The notes: generated by a model from the letters alone, not told the origin. Shown: positions 1 to 9,143, numbered from the stretch's first letter. The stretch: 64,000 nucleotides of DNA from an uncultured Planctomycetia bacterium (GCA_964437495.1 CAYTGV010000001.1:28552-92551), one strand, 5' to 3'. Program-made: numbers and translations.

Positions 1-516
1 TCCCCAAGTAAAAACCTGCCTCCCTGCCCTTAAATCCAACCAGCTGACCGGAGCTAAAGACAAATTCAATAAACGCCATTGGGCATTGGTTCTTCCGTTA
101 AAATATTCATCAACGGTAAAGTCGGCCTTAGCATCTATTGCCGTCCCCCAGTCTTCAAAAATAGAATTCCAGGATGGATAAAGTTTAGTTTTAAGCTGCA
201 GTCTCTGTTCAAACAAATTAAATTCATCCCGTTTCGTACTGTCATATCCAAGTTTAATGCCAAAATCATTTTCAACAAACCCGTTTATACGCGGTCCGTT
301 TTCCCCCAACTTAAAACCAGCATAAACAGGAGTCTGCGCAGTACATAAAATAGCAATCCCTATCAAGACACTCCAGGAGAAGACTCTGTCGAAAAATGTA
401 CAAATGTAAGGCATTCGCAAACAAGTGCGAAGGCGTACTTGCTGTACGCCGCACAAGTGAGTGAATGAATAACGCCACAGATGTGCGTTTTGCAACAGTG
501 TCTTTAATCTAACCAT
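1..516 (-). CDS. Outer-membrane beta-barrel protein, DUF1302-like (partial, runs off the left edge)
   Basis: Not in the ORF track. Manual translation from ATG at 516 is open to base 1: MVRL[41-aa insert]..SWSVLIGIAILCTAQTPVYA..INGFVE..EQRLQL..WLDLRAGRQVFTWG. Typical third gene after MMPL and a LolA-like gene. Confidence 0.75.
   Translation of the reverse strand, partial: MVRLKTLLQNAHLWRYSFTHLCGVQQVRLRTCLRMPYICTFFDRVFSWSVLIGIAILCTAQTPVYAGFKLGENGPRINGFVENDFGIKLGYDSTKRDEFNLFEQRLQLKTKLYPSWNSIFEDWGTAIDAKADFTVDEYFNGRTNAQWRLLNLSLAPVSWLDLRAGRQVFTWG
381..503. mobile_element. 123-bp palindromic miniature element (MITE/RPE-like)
   Basis: 22-bp imperfect terminal inverted repeats (AGACTCTGTCGAAAAATGTACA versus reverse complement AGACACTGTTGCAAAACGCACA) and a central hairpin GGCGTAC-TTGCT-GTACGCC. 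Confidence 0.8.
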
Positions 517-1307
517 TTTCTCGGCGGCCTCCTTAAGTAACGCTCCGTAAACACCCCATCATCAATACCCAGGTCATACTCTATATTTGAAAAATCTATT
601 ACGGTTTTTGAGTTCGTCAACAAATCTTTTGCCTGAGATTTTACTACTGTAGGATGCCCCTGTATATCTTTTACCTCTAAAGCCGTTATAACCTTATATA
701 GTTTGCCTTTTTTATCATAGTACTCCGCCTTGACCGGCAGATAACTTTCTTTATTAATATAAATTTCAAAATAAGAAAATTCTACCTCATCTGCTTTCTT
801 CGGAGTATTCTTTATCTTATACATATCCCCTTCGCTTGAAACAAGCTCATGAGTATCCAATGTCAGGCCTCTGCCTGAGATATCCTCATAAACAAAATTG
901 CTTCCTACAAAACTTGACCGCTTATCACTTGCGGCAATTCTCCTTACAAGATCAAGCGCCGGCAAATACATCCATCGATCATCGTCTTTATCTATATACT
1001 TCCAAACCATGTACACCATATCTTGCACATCCACCGGTTTATTAAAATAAACATAATATTTCTGTTCCTTGCCGTCTTCAATATCAAAACGTAATATTGT
1101 AAACTCTCGAACCCTCTTTCTACCCTGATTATCTGTAATCGTCATCTTAACTTTTGCCCGTCCGTCATTACCTCCATAATAAGCAGTATTATTAGCCTTA
1201 GTTATTATCTCTTCAAGGGATTCCTCCGCAGATACTGTCCTCGTCAACCCAAGAAAAATAATCAAGCTAAAACAAATCAGCATTCCTAAAAAAATATTTT
1301 TTTTCAT
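504..1307 (-). CDS. Outer-membrane lipoprotein-sorting protein (LolA-like)
   Basis: Signal peptide; DDDRWMYLPALDLVRRIA and SFVGSNFVYED motifs; adjacent to MMPL. Confidence 0.85.
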   Translation of the reverse strand: MKKNIFLGMLICFSLIIFLGLTRTVSAEESLEEIITKANNTAYYGGNDGRAKVKMTITDNQGRKRVREFTILRFDIEDGKEQKYYVYFNKPVDVQDMVYMVWKYIDKDDDRWMYLPALDLVRRIAASDKRSSFVGSNFVYEDISGRGLTLDTHELVSSEGDMYKIKNTPKKADEVEFSYFEIYINKESYLPVKAEYYDKKGKLYKVITALEVKDIQGHPTVVKSQAKDLLTNSKTVIDFSNIEYDLGIDDGVFTERYLRRPPRKWLD

Positions 1308-3836
1308 TTACTCCTCCTTTTTATTTTCTATGAAACAGCCTGGGTATTCCGAAGCTTTAGAACAAACACCAGCCATTATACCTACAACTACAATACTTGC
1401 TATCAACGTTATACTCCATGAGATGTTTGTATAGCCACGTAGTATATATATAAGAGCCACTGATACAGCAACAGCAATAACCTGACAATATTGACAATTG
1501 CAAAGCATCTTTACCCCTTCTTTTTTTAAGATAACCTCAGGCAGCATAATCATGAGTGCCGGCAGAATAAATAATGTGGCAATACTTGAAACAAACATGA
1601 TCGTAAACATAAAAAAACCTACTGTTCGGTAAGGAATAAGCGGTGCCAGCAAAAGCGGCAGAAATCCAATAGCAATAACAAAAGCATTCCTGCTAATTGC
1701 CCGCGCAGGACCTTTAAACATCTTCTGCACAGTCTCTTGCAAGTTATTATTCTTTCCGTAAAGCACCCTTGCCCGTTCAATAAAATGGATAGCAAAATCT
1801 ATAGACAGCCCTAAGGTCAACGCGGAAAGAACAACAACCGGCATATCATAATCCTTGCCTATAAATCCCAGTAAACTGTAAATAAAAACTATAGTCAAAG
1901 TCAAGGGGATCATTGAGATCAGTCCCCGCAAAGGAGAACGGAACAAGAAAGTCATCATAAAAAACACGATAATAAAACTGCCGATAAAATTCATAAGCAT
2001 ACCAAAAACCATCTTGTTCTGCCAAACCACATTTATAAAAGTCAGCCCGGCCCAGTTATAACTAAGCTCAAAAGGCGGCTTATTTGCCTTTATAAAATCA
2101 TCTACCTGTTTAATAACCCTGCCCATATCCTTATTATCGCCGCTTTTAAGCTGAACCCAGATATTAATCTTTCCATAATCCGGAGTAGCCATATGCCAAA
2201 GATCATCCGGTTTATGAGAATTTTCATAAGATATAAGACATTGCGCAATAGCACGCTTTGTCTTAGGCATAACATTATTGGTTTTGTCTCCTCCCAGCAG
2301 CTCATAATAGACCTTCTTTACAATATCTGTCAGCGCTGTTGTTTTCCCTACATCGCCTTTCGCAAGAAGACTAGCCTGTAATTTTTCAACATACTTAAGC
2401 ATTTTGGGTTCAAGAAAAACCTCAGCCTTTTTATCTTTAGCCTCCAGAACAAGATAAGCCATATACGTACCAGCAAAATGTTTATTTAATATCCTGTCCG
2501 CTATCCTGATTGGATGATTTTTTTTGAACCAGCGCACCGGATTATCGTTAACATTAATTTTAGAAATTCCGTAGAATGAGATTATTGCCAATAAAATACT
2601 GCTTATAATTATGCCTTTATACCTTTTCAGAACAAATCTATGTATATTTTCAAGAACCTTATTCATTAAACCCTGCTGCGTGACACCATCTTTATTTTCA
2701 ATCTTGCAATTTTTAAATGATCTTTCTCTCATCAGCGCGATATAAGCCGGAATGAATGTTAAAGTCAGAAACCAGGCAATCATCACCCCAATAGAAACAA
2801 ATACTCCAAATGTCTGCACCGGAGGAATAGGTGAAAAAGACAAGGAAAAAAATCCCACTGCTGTCGTCAATGAGGTATAAAGCATGGGCGTAAACAGTTC
2901 ATTCATAACAGCGAAAATAGTGCTGCCCTTTTCTCCCGTAACCCTGTATTTATCCGAAAACTCGCTTAAAATATGGACAGAATTAAGTACGGCTATGGGC
3001 ATTAAGAAAATAGGGATCATCGAACTCATGATATGCACAGGAAACCCCAGGCCTATCAATAGTCCCATTGTCATAACAACTGTTGAAATAGCAAGAAGCA
3101 TGGGAGAGATTATTAAGGTAATACTCCGAAAGAAAAGAAACATAAGCAGAAAAATTATCAAACCAGCTAGGGGAGCGGACATGGCCATCTGTTTAAACAT
3201 TTCAACCCCAAATGTATCCTCAGCCACCGGTAAACCCGTAATATAATACTTTTCTTCCCCCTTGAACTGTTTTACAATATTATAGATATTCTGCGAAACC
3301 CTGTAGCTTATATTTTTTCGCTCTATAGGCACATAAACACATAAGGCCTTTCCATCTTCTGACACCATCGTTCCGTTGAACATAGGATTATCCAGAGCCT
3401 CATCCCTAAGAAGAAAGGCTTCTTTTTGTGTGCTCAATGGCCCTTTCATTAGCCATTCAAAGACTACCGAACCGACCATTCCCTGGCGAATATTATCCTT
3501 TGTCGACGGAGCAATTATTTCCCGCGCAATCACACCATCAATACTCTTTATGGCTTCGGTAAGTTCATATATTTTATTTAATGTCTCAACATTAAAGACC
3601 CCGTTATCGTCATGCTCATTAACTATCCCAACAACAATAAAATCATAAATAGCAAATTCTTTTTTTACTTTGTGATGAAAAACCCTGGCAAATTCAGTTT
3701 CAGAAAGCATGTTTTCCGGGTCAGTATCGACTTTTATCTTCGAAAACTGGAACAAAGCAATACCAATTAGAAATATAGTAATCGCCATGATAGTCTTCGG
3801 ACGGTTAAAAGAAAACTTAATTATATTCTTGAACAT
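1308..3836 (-). CDS. MMPL/RND family transporter
   Basis: Two repeats of periplasmic domain plus TM bundle; TSLTTAVGF and GLSIDFAIHF motifs; extra Cys-rich C-terminal tail. Confidence 0.9.
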   Translation of the reverse strand: MFKNIIKFSFNRPKTIMAITIFLIGIALFQFSKIKVDTDPENMLSETEFARVFHHKVKKEFAIYDFIVVGIVNEHDDNGVFNVETLNKIYELTEAIKSIDGVIAREIIAPSTKDNIRQGMVGSVVFEWLMKGPLSTQKEAFLLRDEALDNPMFNGTMVSEDGKALCVYVPIERKNISYRVSQNIYNIVKQFKGEEKYYITGLPVAEDTFGVEMFKQMAMSAPLAGLIIFLLMFLFFRSITLIISPMLLAISTVVMTMGLLIGLGFPVHIMSSMIPIFLMPIAVLNSVHILSEFSDKYRVTGEKGSTIFAVMNELFTPMLYTSLTTAVGFFSLSFSPIPPVQTFGVFVSIGVMIAWFLTLTFIPAYIALMRERSFKNCKIENKDGVTQQGLMNKVLENIHRFVLKRYKGIIISSILLAIISFYGISKINVNDNPVRWFKKNHPIRIADRILNKHFAGTYMAYLVLEAKDKKAEVFLEPKMLKYVEKLQASLLAKGDVGKTTALTDIVKKVYYELLGGDKTNNVMPKTKRAIAQCLISYENSHKPDDLWHMATPDYGKINIWVQLKSGDNKDMGRVIKQVDDFIKANKPPFELSYNWAGLTFINVVWQNKMVFGMLMNFIGSFIIVFFMMTFLFRSPLRGLISMIPLTLTIVFIYSLLGFIGKDYDMPVVVLSALTLGLSIDFAIHFIERARVLYGKNNNLQETVQKMFKGPARAISRNAFVIAIGFLPLLLAPLIPYRTVGFFMFTIMFVSSIATLFILPALMIMLPEVILKKEGVKMLCNCQYCQVIAVAVSVALIYILRGYTNISWSITLIASIVVVGIMAGVCSKASEYPGCFIENKKEE

Positions 3837-3968
3837 TCCTACCCCCCCCCTTAAAGGATTAGATGAATTTAAAAAAATGCACTGCTTTTAAACATACAAA
3901 TATATATTTATATTAATGATTTGTTTTTAAAGTAAACATACCGCTTTAACATTAAAATATTGTTTATT

Positions 3969-3996
3969 ATTATATTATTGCGCTTCTTATTGTCAA
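3969..3996 (-). promoter_or_regulatory. Sigma70-type promoter for the MMPL operon
   Basis: TTGACA-N16-TATAAT on the minus strand. Confidence 0.6.
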
Positions 3997-4012
3997 TACA
4001 ATATTATCTTGA

Positions 4013-4246
4013 TCATACCGCGATTAAACAGCTATCAATCTTCGGCTGATCAAATCCAATAATAACAGTACCATCTATATCAATTACAGACACCCCCATC
4101 TGACCAGAAAGTTTAATCATTTCCTCTGCTTTAGTTTTATCGATGGAAACATCAATTGATTAATATGCTATGCCTTTTGAAGAAAAATACTTTTTAGCCA
4201 TTGTACAGTAAAGACAAGTTGGCATTGAATAAATTTTCACCTCCAT
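4013..4246 (-). pseudogene. Glutaredoxin-like (NrdH/YruB) gene with an internal TAA
   Basis: MEVKIYSMPTCLYC..KGIAY*SIDV..SGQMGVSVIDIDG..GFD; stop at 4160-4162; the GVP cis-Pro position reads GVS. Confidence 0.8.
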
Positions 4247-4281
4247 ATATCACTCCTCTTCTAAAAGACATAAAACGAATA

Positions 4282-4764
4282 TTAATTTGTTATTTTTTTT
4301 CTAAACTCTGTCAATACTATGACATGCCTTTTTTCTTCTCTTATAATACTATCCAGCAACTCTTTCTTATCATCTAACACATATTCCTTTAATGCTGTGT
4401 AGACAAGTATTGATTCTTTTTCTATCTGTAATCCAAAATCCAAAGCCTCCAGAGTACTCGCAAACAATTCCTCTGTTTTTCTCTTTATTAACTCAGGGGT
4501 GAATATATAAGTCACAGCTATTGCTTCTAAATAAGCATCATAATCTCCCACACCAAATTCTTTAATGAAATAATCTCCAGAGCTCTCAAGCATCTTTTTA
4601 AATCTGCTTTGATGGCCTATTTCCTGCTCTTTTAAAAACTTCCAAACAGACTTTATTTTTTTGTCCTCTGCCTTTTCTTCAAGCTTAGCGTAAAGCTACT
4701 CGCCATTTTCCTCTACCTTCAAAGCAATATCAAGAATTTCCTGCGGACTCCAATTATTATTCAT
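4282..4764 (-). pseudogene. Ferritin/rubrerythrin-like protein with an internal TAG
   Basis: ATG at 4764 with GGAG SD; EILDIALKVEENGE*LY..EQEIGH..EEKRH; TAG at 4696-4698 (codon 23). Confidence 0.8.
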
Positions 4765-4774
4765 CTTTGCTCCT

Positions 4775-5953
4775 TTATCCGGATATTAACTGTTTTATTT
4801 TACTGACCACACCCTTTAGGCCCTCAAGATCACTCTCATCCGGAACAAACTGCATATAAATCCCATCTTCTATAATCTGCATACCTGCCTCTTTTAATCC
4901 CTCTTCAAGCTCTTTAAATCCTATCTTTGCCCAGCCATATGAACCAAAGCTAAGCGCAAACCTGTTTTTAGGCTTTAATCCCTTTAAGTAAGTCAGGAAT
5001 CCACCCATGCTCGGCAATATCTGATTATTAAGGATAGCACTTCCCAAAAGGACAACCTTTGATCTCATAACTTCTGTTATCGCATCTGAGAAATCCGATG
5101 TTTTTAAACTAAGCTTTACAACAGGAATACCTTCCCTGTCAAGCAAATCACCTAATTCAAAAGCAATCTTTTCCGTAGAATGCCACATAGTATCATAAAT
5201 AATGACCGCTCTGTTATCAGACTCGTAGTTTGCCCATTTTTTGTAAAGTTGTAATATTTTTTTTATATTTTCTTGTTTTTTCCAAATCAGTCCGTGAGAC
5301 GGACATATCATTTTAATATCCAGGGATTTTAAAGCCTCAAGCACCTTAAGAACCTGCGCTCCGTAAGGCATCACAATATTAGCATAATACTTTGCTGCTG
5401 CCTCAAAAACTATATCCGCTCCAACCTCATGGACATAACGCTCAGAGCTTGCATGATGCTGACCGAAAGCATCGTTAGGGAACAAGATCGAATCATCCGG
5501 CGAATAGGTTGCCATTGAATCAGGCCAATGCACCATGGGCATCAGAAAAAACTTCAATATCCTTCTGCCTATTTTTAGCTCATCGCCAGTATTGACAACT
5601 TTAAACTTCCAATCTTTCTTAAAATGCCTCTTTAGCCCCTTTTCCCCAGCCAGAGAACACACGACCTCTGCCTTAGGACAAAGCTCAAGCATCTTTTCAA
5701 TGCATCCAGAATGGTCCATTTCAGTATGATTTGAGATTATATACTCTATCTTCGAGGGATCAATAACCGCTTTGATCCTAGAGGCCATCTCATCAAAACC
5801 ATAATGCTTTACAGTATCTATCAATGTCGGCTTTTCATCAACAATAAGATAGGCATTATAAGTGGATCCAGTAGGAGTGGAATACCCGTGAAAATTACGC
5901 AGTTCCCAATCAATATCCCCAACCCAATAGATATCTTTTTTTATCTCTGTCAT
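4775..5953 (-). CDS. fprA: Flavodiiron protein (type A flavoprotein)
   Basis: GSTYNAYL, HTEMDHSG, HWPDSM, DAFGQH, PSHG; C-terminal flavodoxin domain with FGSYGW. Confidence 0.95.
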   Translation of the reverse strand: MTEIKKDIYWVGDIDWELRNFHGYSTPTGSTYNAYLIVDEKPTLIDTVKHYGFDEMASRIKAVIDPSKIEYIISNHTEMDHSGCIEKMLELCPKAEVVCSLAGEKGLKRHFKKDWKFKVVNTGDELKIGRRILKFFLMPMVHWPDSMATYSPDDSILFPNDAFGQHHASSERYVHEVGADIVFEAAAKYYANIVMPYGAQVLKVLEALKSLDIKMICPSHGLIWKKQENIKKILQLYKKWANYESDNRAVIIYDTMWHSTEKIAFELGDLLDREGIPVVKLSLKTSDFSDAITEVMRSKVVLLGSAILNNQILPSMGGFLTYLKGLKPKNRFALSFGSYGWAKIGFKELEEGLKEAGMQIIEDGIYMQFVPDESDLEGLKGVVSKIKQLISG

Positions 5954-5981
5954 TTGAATTCCTCTTAAAAGTTTCTTTGGT

Positions 5982-6122
5982 TTATTTTACTTCCTTAAAC
6001 TGATCTTTGCCTACCCCGCAATCAGGACAAACCCAGTCGTCCGCAAGCGCCTCAAAAGCCACATTATTATTCTCTGCCGGGTCATAAATATATCCGCAAA
6101 CTATACATTCAAATTTTTTCAT
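5982..6122 (-). CDS. Rubredoxin
   Basis: [17 protein letters not shown]; GGAGG SD before ATG 6122. Confidence 0.95.
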   Translation of the reverse strand: MKKFECIVCGYIYDPAENNNVAFEALADDWVCPDCGVGKDQFKEVK

Positions 6123-6136
6123 ATTTCCTCCTTTAA

Positions 6137-6457
6137 TTATTTTATCAAACCGCTTAACATGCTCACCAGCTTTTCCTTTGGGACCACCCCCACTGACTCT
6201 CCGCAAACCTGTCCCTTATTAAAAATCAAAACCGTGGGAATACTCATCACTCCATATCGAGTTGCTACATCAGGAGCATCATCAACATTCAATTTACAGA
6301 TCTTTACTTTTCCATTATATTCATTAGCCATTTCATCTATAAGCGGTGTTAATATACGACAGGGACTGCACCATTGGGCCCAAAAATCTATAAGCACCGG
6401 AATGTCTGATTTAATAACTTCTTGTTCAAAATTTTCTGTACTTAGCGCTAAAGCCAT
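6137..6457 (-). CDS. trxA: Thioredoxin
   Basis: [10 protein letters not shown] and YGVMSIPT motifs. Confidence 0.95.
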   Translation of the reverse strand: MALALSTENFEQEVIKSDIPVLIDFWAQWCSPCRILTPLIDEMANEYNGKVKICKLNVDDAPDVATRYGVMSIPTVLIFNKGQVCGESVGVVPKEKLVSMLSGLIK

Positions 6458-6504
6458 TCTTTTGCTTCCTCCTTATTTTTAAGATTTTAGAACAAATTAA
6501 TATC

Positions 6505-6650
6505 CTATTTTGCCAGCTCATATATTTTATCTTCTATTAATTCAGCATCTTTTTCTTCTTCAATCAGCAAATTTAAAAACATTTCACGCGCAACAAGCTG
6601 TTCCTAATCCAGGCGCTGATAAAGATCATGCGCCTGCCTATCCTTATGAG
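6505..6650 (-). pseudogene. Remnant of a ferritin-like helix-pair gene
   Basis: HKDRQAHDLYQRLD*EQLVAREMFLNLLIEEEKDAELIEDKIYELAK*; no start codon; internal TAG at 6604-6606. Confidence 0.4.
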
Positions 6651-6661
6651 AATAGCCTTAT

Positions 6662-7057
6662 TTATACAACTGTTATTTTTTTTGTGCTTTCCCACAAACC
6701 GTGTATATTACAATAACTGATTGCAATCAAGCTACCTGATTTTTCTGTTTTTATAGTCAAATTTACTGATGGCTGTGTATATATACCGCTTGTATTAGCT
6801 CCCTGCGCCGATGCCCCATGTGAAGCTAGCTCTGTACGCGCGATTTGATATGGAAATTTCTCTCCATCTGCCAGAAAATATACTGAAATCCAAGCGATAT
6901 GATGCTCTGAAGTATTGGGATGCGCTATTTCTTTACCAACCGTTATATTAAAATCCAAAGCATCTCCCTTTTTGATATTATCTGCTGATTCTATTGCCGG
7001 CACATGCTTTTCTGTTTTCCAATCTGCACTTTGAACCAGATCTTTTGCAATGGTCAT
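6662..7057 (-). CDS. Superoxide reductase (neelaredoxin, class II SORL)
   Basis: EKHVP, HPNTSEHHIAWI and YCNIHGLW motifs. Confidence 0.92.
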   Translation of the reverse strand: MTIAKDLVQSADWKTEKHVPAIESADNIKKGDALDFNITVGKEIAHPNTSEHHIAWISVYFLADGEKFPYQIARTELASHGASAQGANTSGIYTQPSVNLTIKTEKSGSLIAISYCNIHGLWESTKKITVV

Positions 7058-7073
7058 TTAATACCTCCTTTTG

Positions 7074-7577
7074 TTAGAACTTTTTGAACATTTCCTTTTT
7101 AACGCCGCAAATAGGGCAAAAATCCGGATATTCGTTTTCTGCTGTAAATCCGCAAACAGGACACACATAGAAATCTACTGAATCGATATCCTTATTCGCA
7201 TCTACAGCAACTTTTGTTTTCTTATACATAGTCTCATGGATTTTTTCAGCCTCAAGCGCATAATGAGCTGACCTTGCTGCATTTTTTTCCCCCTGCTTTT
7301 CAGCCTCAGCCAAATAGGCAGGATACATTTCCTCTACCTCAAAATGTTCTCCGCTTATAGCCACCGGCAGATTATCCACACTTGTTCCAATGCCGCCAAA
7401 AACTTTTAGATGATTGCCAGCGTGAACTCGCTCTGCATAGGCTATGGCCCGGAAAAGCCTGGCCACATTCAGTTTACCTTCTTTTTCTGCTATATCAGCG
7501 AATATAAGATATTTCATATGCGCCTGCGATTCTCCAGAAAAAGCATTTTGCAAATTTTGTTTCGTCATTTCATGCAT
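7074..7577 (-). CDS. rbr: Rubrerythrin
   Basis: AFSGESQA, AERVHA, GEHFE, EKIHE; C-terminal CPVCG..CPICG. Confidence 0.95.
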   Translation of the reverse strand: MHEMTKQNLQNAFSGESQAHMKYLIFADIAEKEGKLNVARLFRAIAYAERVHAGNHLKVFGGIGTSVDNLPVAISGEHFEVEEMYPAYLAEAEKQGEKNAARSAHYALEAEKIHETMYKKTKVAVDANKDIDSVDFYVCPVCGFTAENEYPDFCPICGVKKEMFKKF

Positions 7578-7642
7578 AATTTTCTCCCTTCAATGAGCAT
7601 ATCACTTAAGGAACAAAGTAACTTAAGCGATATATGCGAATT

Positions 7643-7697
7643 AACCCCGCCATGGCGGGGTTGATCCCCCCGCCTGTTTTGCCCTTGCAAAACAGGC
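7643..7697. repeat. Two GC-rich palindromes (REP-like)
   Basis: AACCCCGCCATGGCGGGGTT (perfect 20-bp palindrome) and GCCTGTTTTGC-CCTT-GCAAAACAGGC. Confidence 0.7.
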
Positions 7698-7715
7698 AGA
7701 TATTATCACTACATT

Positions 7716-8426
7716 CTAATAACCTATGAAATTTTCCGCCATTATCCAATTTTTATCACAGCCTGATTCAACACATAAGTCTTTCATGGCCTTGACCATA
7801 ACCGGTGGACCGTAAATAAAAAATCGCCTTGCCGTTAAATCCTGCAACCGGCCGCTTAACAATTCGCCAGATATATGCCCATGCACGCATATATCATCTT
7901 TAGGCTCGCAATCAGTAACCGTATATACAACCTGCATATTTTCATTAAGCCTGTTCCAGGAATCAAGTTCCCGCCTAAAGGCAATCTCCTCCTTATTTCG
8001 ATTCGAATAAAAAAGAATTATGTCTATACCCAGTTTTTTTTCCATAATATATTCCAGAATAGAAATAACCGGGGTAATGCCAATGCCTCCGATAAGAAAT
8101 CCTATCTTTTTATAATCTTCTTTAAATATACAGTTTCCCATCGGCCCCTGCATTAAAAGACTATCTCCTAGCTTTAATCCTTTCAGTCTTGCCGAAAAAG
8201 AACTCTCGCTCAAGCGCTTTGTAACCTCAACATAGTCCTTCTCAGGTGAGACTGAAAAAGAAAGATATTTATTAAGATCTTTATTCTGCAGAGCTTTATC
8301 ATCAAAAACAACTTTCACAAACTGCCCGGGCGCAAAAGTAATCTTTTCACTGGTTTTAAAACAAAAACTCTCCACGCTCGGAGTCCTTTTAATCCTTTGA
8401 ATTAGTTCTGCGGAAAATGTATTCAA
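7716..8426 (-). CDS. FAD/NAD(P)-binding oxidoreductase (FNR-like)
   Basis: FAPGQF, GPMG, GGIGITP, YGPPVMV and C-terminal ENFIGY. Confidence 0.9.
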   Translation of the reverse strand: MNTFSAELIQRIKRTPSVESFCFKTSEKITFAPGQFVKVVFDDKALQNKDLNKYLSFSVSPEKDYVEVTKRLSESSFSARLKGLKLGDSLLMQGPMGNCIFKEDYKKIGFLIGGIGITPVISILEYIMEKKLGIDIILFYSNRNKEEIAFRRELDSWNRLNENMQVVYTVTDCEPKDDICVHGHISGELLSGRLQDLTARRFFIYGPPVMVKAMKDLCVESGCDKNWIMAENFIGY

Positions 8427-8866
8427 CTCTCAGCTCTTCCTTTATTTTCACTATTAACAGCCCCAACCCGGCACTCACGGCAAATACCGTAAAAATATCC
8501 CTGAAGTTCCTGGATCACATGCCCGTCTACCTCGGATCTCTGCAGAGTCAGACAGAGAGGTATATCAACATCAAAAACTTTTTTGCATTTTTTACAATAG
8601 AAATGATGGTGAGCATCCATTCTGCTATCATAGCATGATTTATCAAAATTAATTCTTATCTCTCTCGCCAAATTTTTCTTACCGTAAAGCTCTAAAATAG
8701 TATAAATTGTAGCCAAAGAAATAGCCGGAAATTTATCTTTCATTTTCCTGTAAATCTCATCAACAGTCAAGTGCTTATTTGTATTGCACAATAGATCATA
8801 AACTCCCAGCCTTTGAGGAGTAATACGAATGCCTTTTTCTTTAAGTATTGCGATTTTATCTTTCAT
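8423..8866 (-). CDS. Fur-family repressor, probably PerR
   Basis: RITPQR, HLTVDEIY, SLATIY, HHHFYCKKC..CREC; first gene of the peroxide-defence operon. Confidence 0.88.
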   Translation of the reverse strand: MKDKIAILKEKGIRITPQRLGVYDLLCNTNKHLTVDEIYRKMKDKFPAISLATIYTILELYGKKNLAREIRINFDKSCYDSRMDAHHHFYCKKCKKVFDVDIPLCLTLQRSEVDGHVIQELQGYFYGICRECRVGAVNSENKGRAES

Positions 8867-8874
8867 AGAAATAT

Positions 8875-8903
8875 AATGTAATATATTGCTTAGGGCTTGT
8901 CAA
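8875..8903 (-). promoter_or_regulatory. Sigma70-type promoter of the perR operon
   Basis: TTGACA-N17-TACATT, ending 8 nt upstream of the ATG. Confidence 0.65.
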
Positions 8904-8915
8904 TAATTATTTTTA

Positions 8916-8934
8916 TATAATAATCATTATTATA
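8916..8934. promoter_or_regulatory. Per/Fur-box-like operator
   Basis: Perfect 9-1-9 inverted repeat TATAATAAT-C-ATTATTATA just upstream of the -35. Confidence 0.7.
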
Positions 8935-9043
8935 AGAAGAACTTCCATGTAGCTTGCCCCCTAGACATAACGATCTGAAAAAAAAGAAGTTATGTATTTA
9001 AGATTTTATTTCAATTTAAATAAATATTTATTTTGCTTGTTCA

Positions 9044-9072
9044 TTGATATTCTCTTTAACGTATGGTATACT
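9044..9072 (+). promoter_or_regulatory. Sigma70-type promoter for the 1012-aa gene
   Basis: TTGATA-N17-TATACT with an extended -10 TG. Confidence 0.6.
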
Positions 9073-9143
9073 TTATTACTCATTTTTCATATCCTTTTCT
9101 CAGGGGATTAAAGGGCAAAATTAAACATTAAAAACGGGGACAT

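Noticed and set aside
79-348. 89-aa plus-strand ORF
   Set aside because: Shadow of the minus-strand outer-membrane protein gene.
5982-6206. 74-aa extended rubredoxin
   Set aside because: The extension overlaps trxA; the SD supports the start at 6122.
4160-6606. Stop-codon recoding (pyrrolysine or alternative code) to explain the in-frame stops
   Set aside because: The stops are of mixed type (TAA, TAG), TAG ends ordinary genes in the window, and the stop positions are not catalytic.
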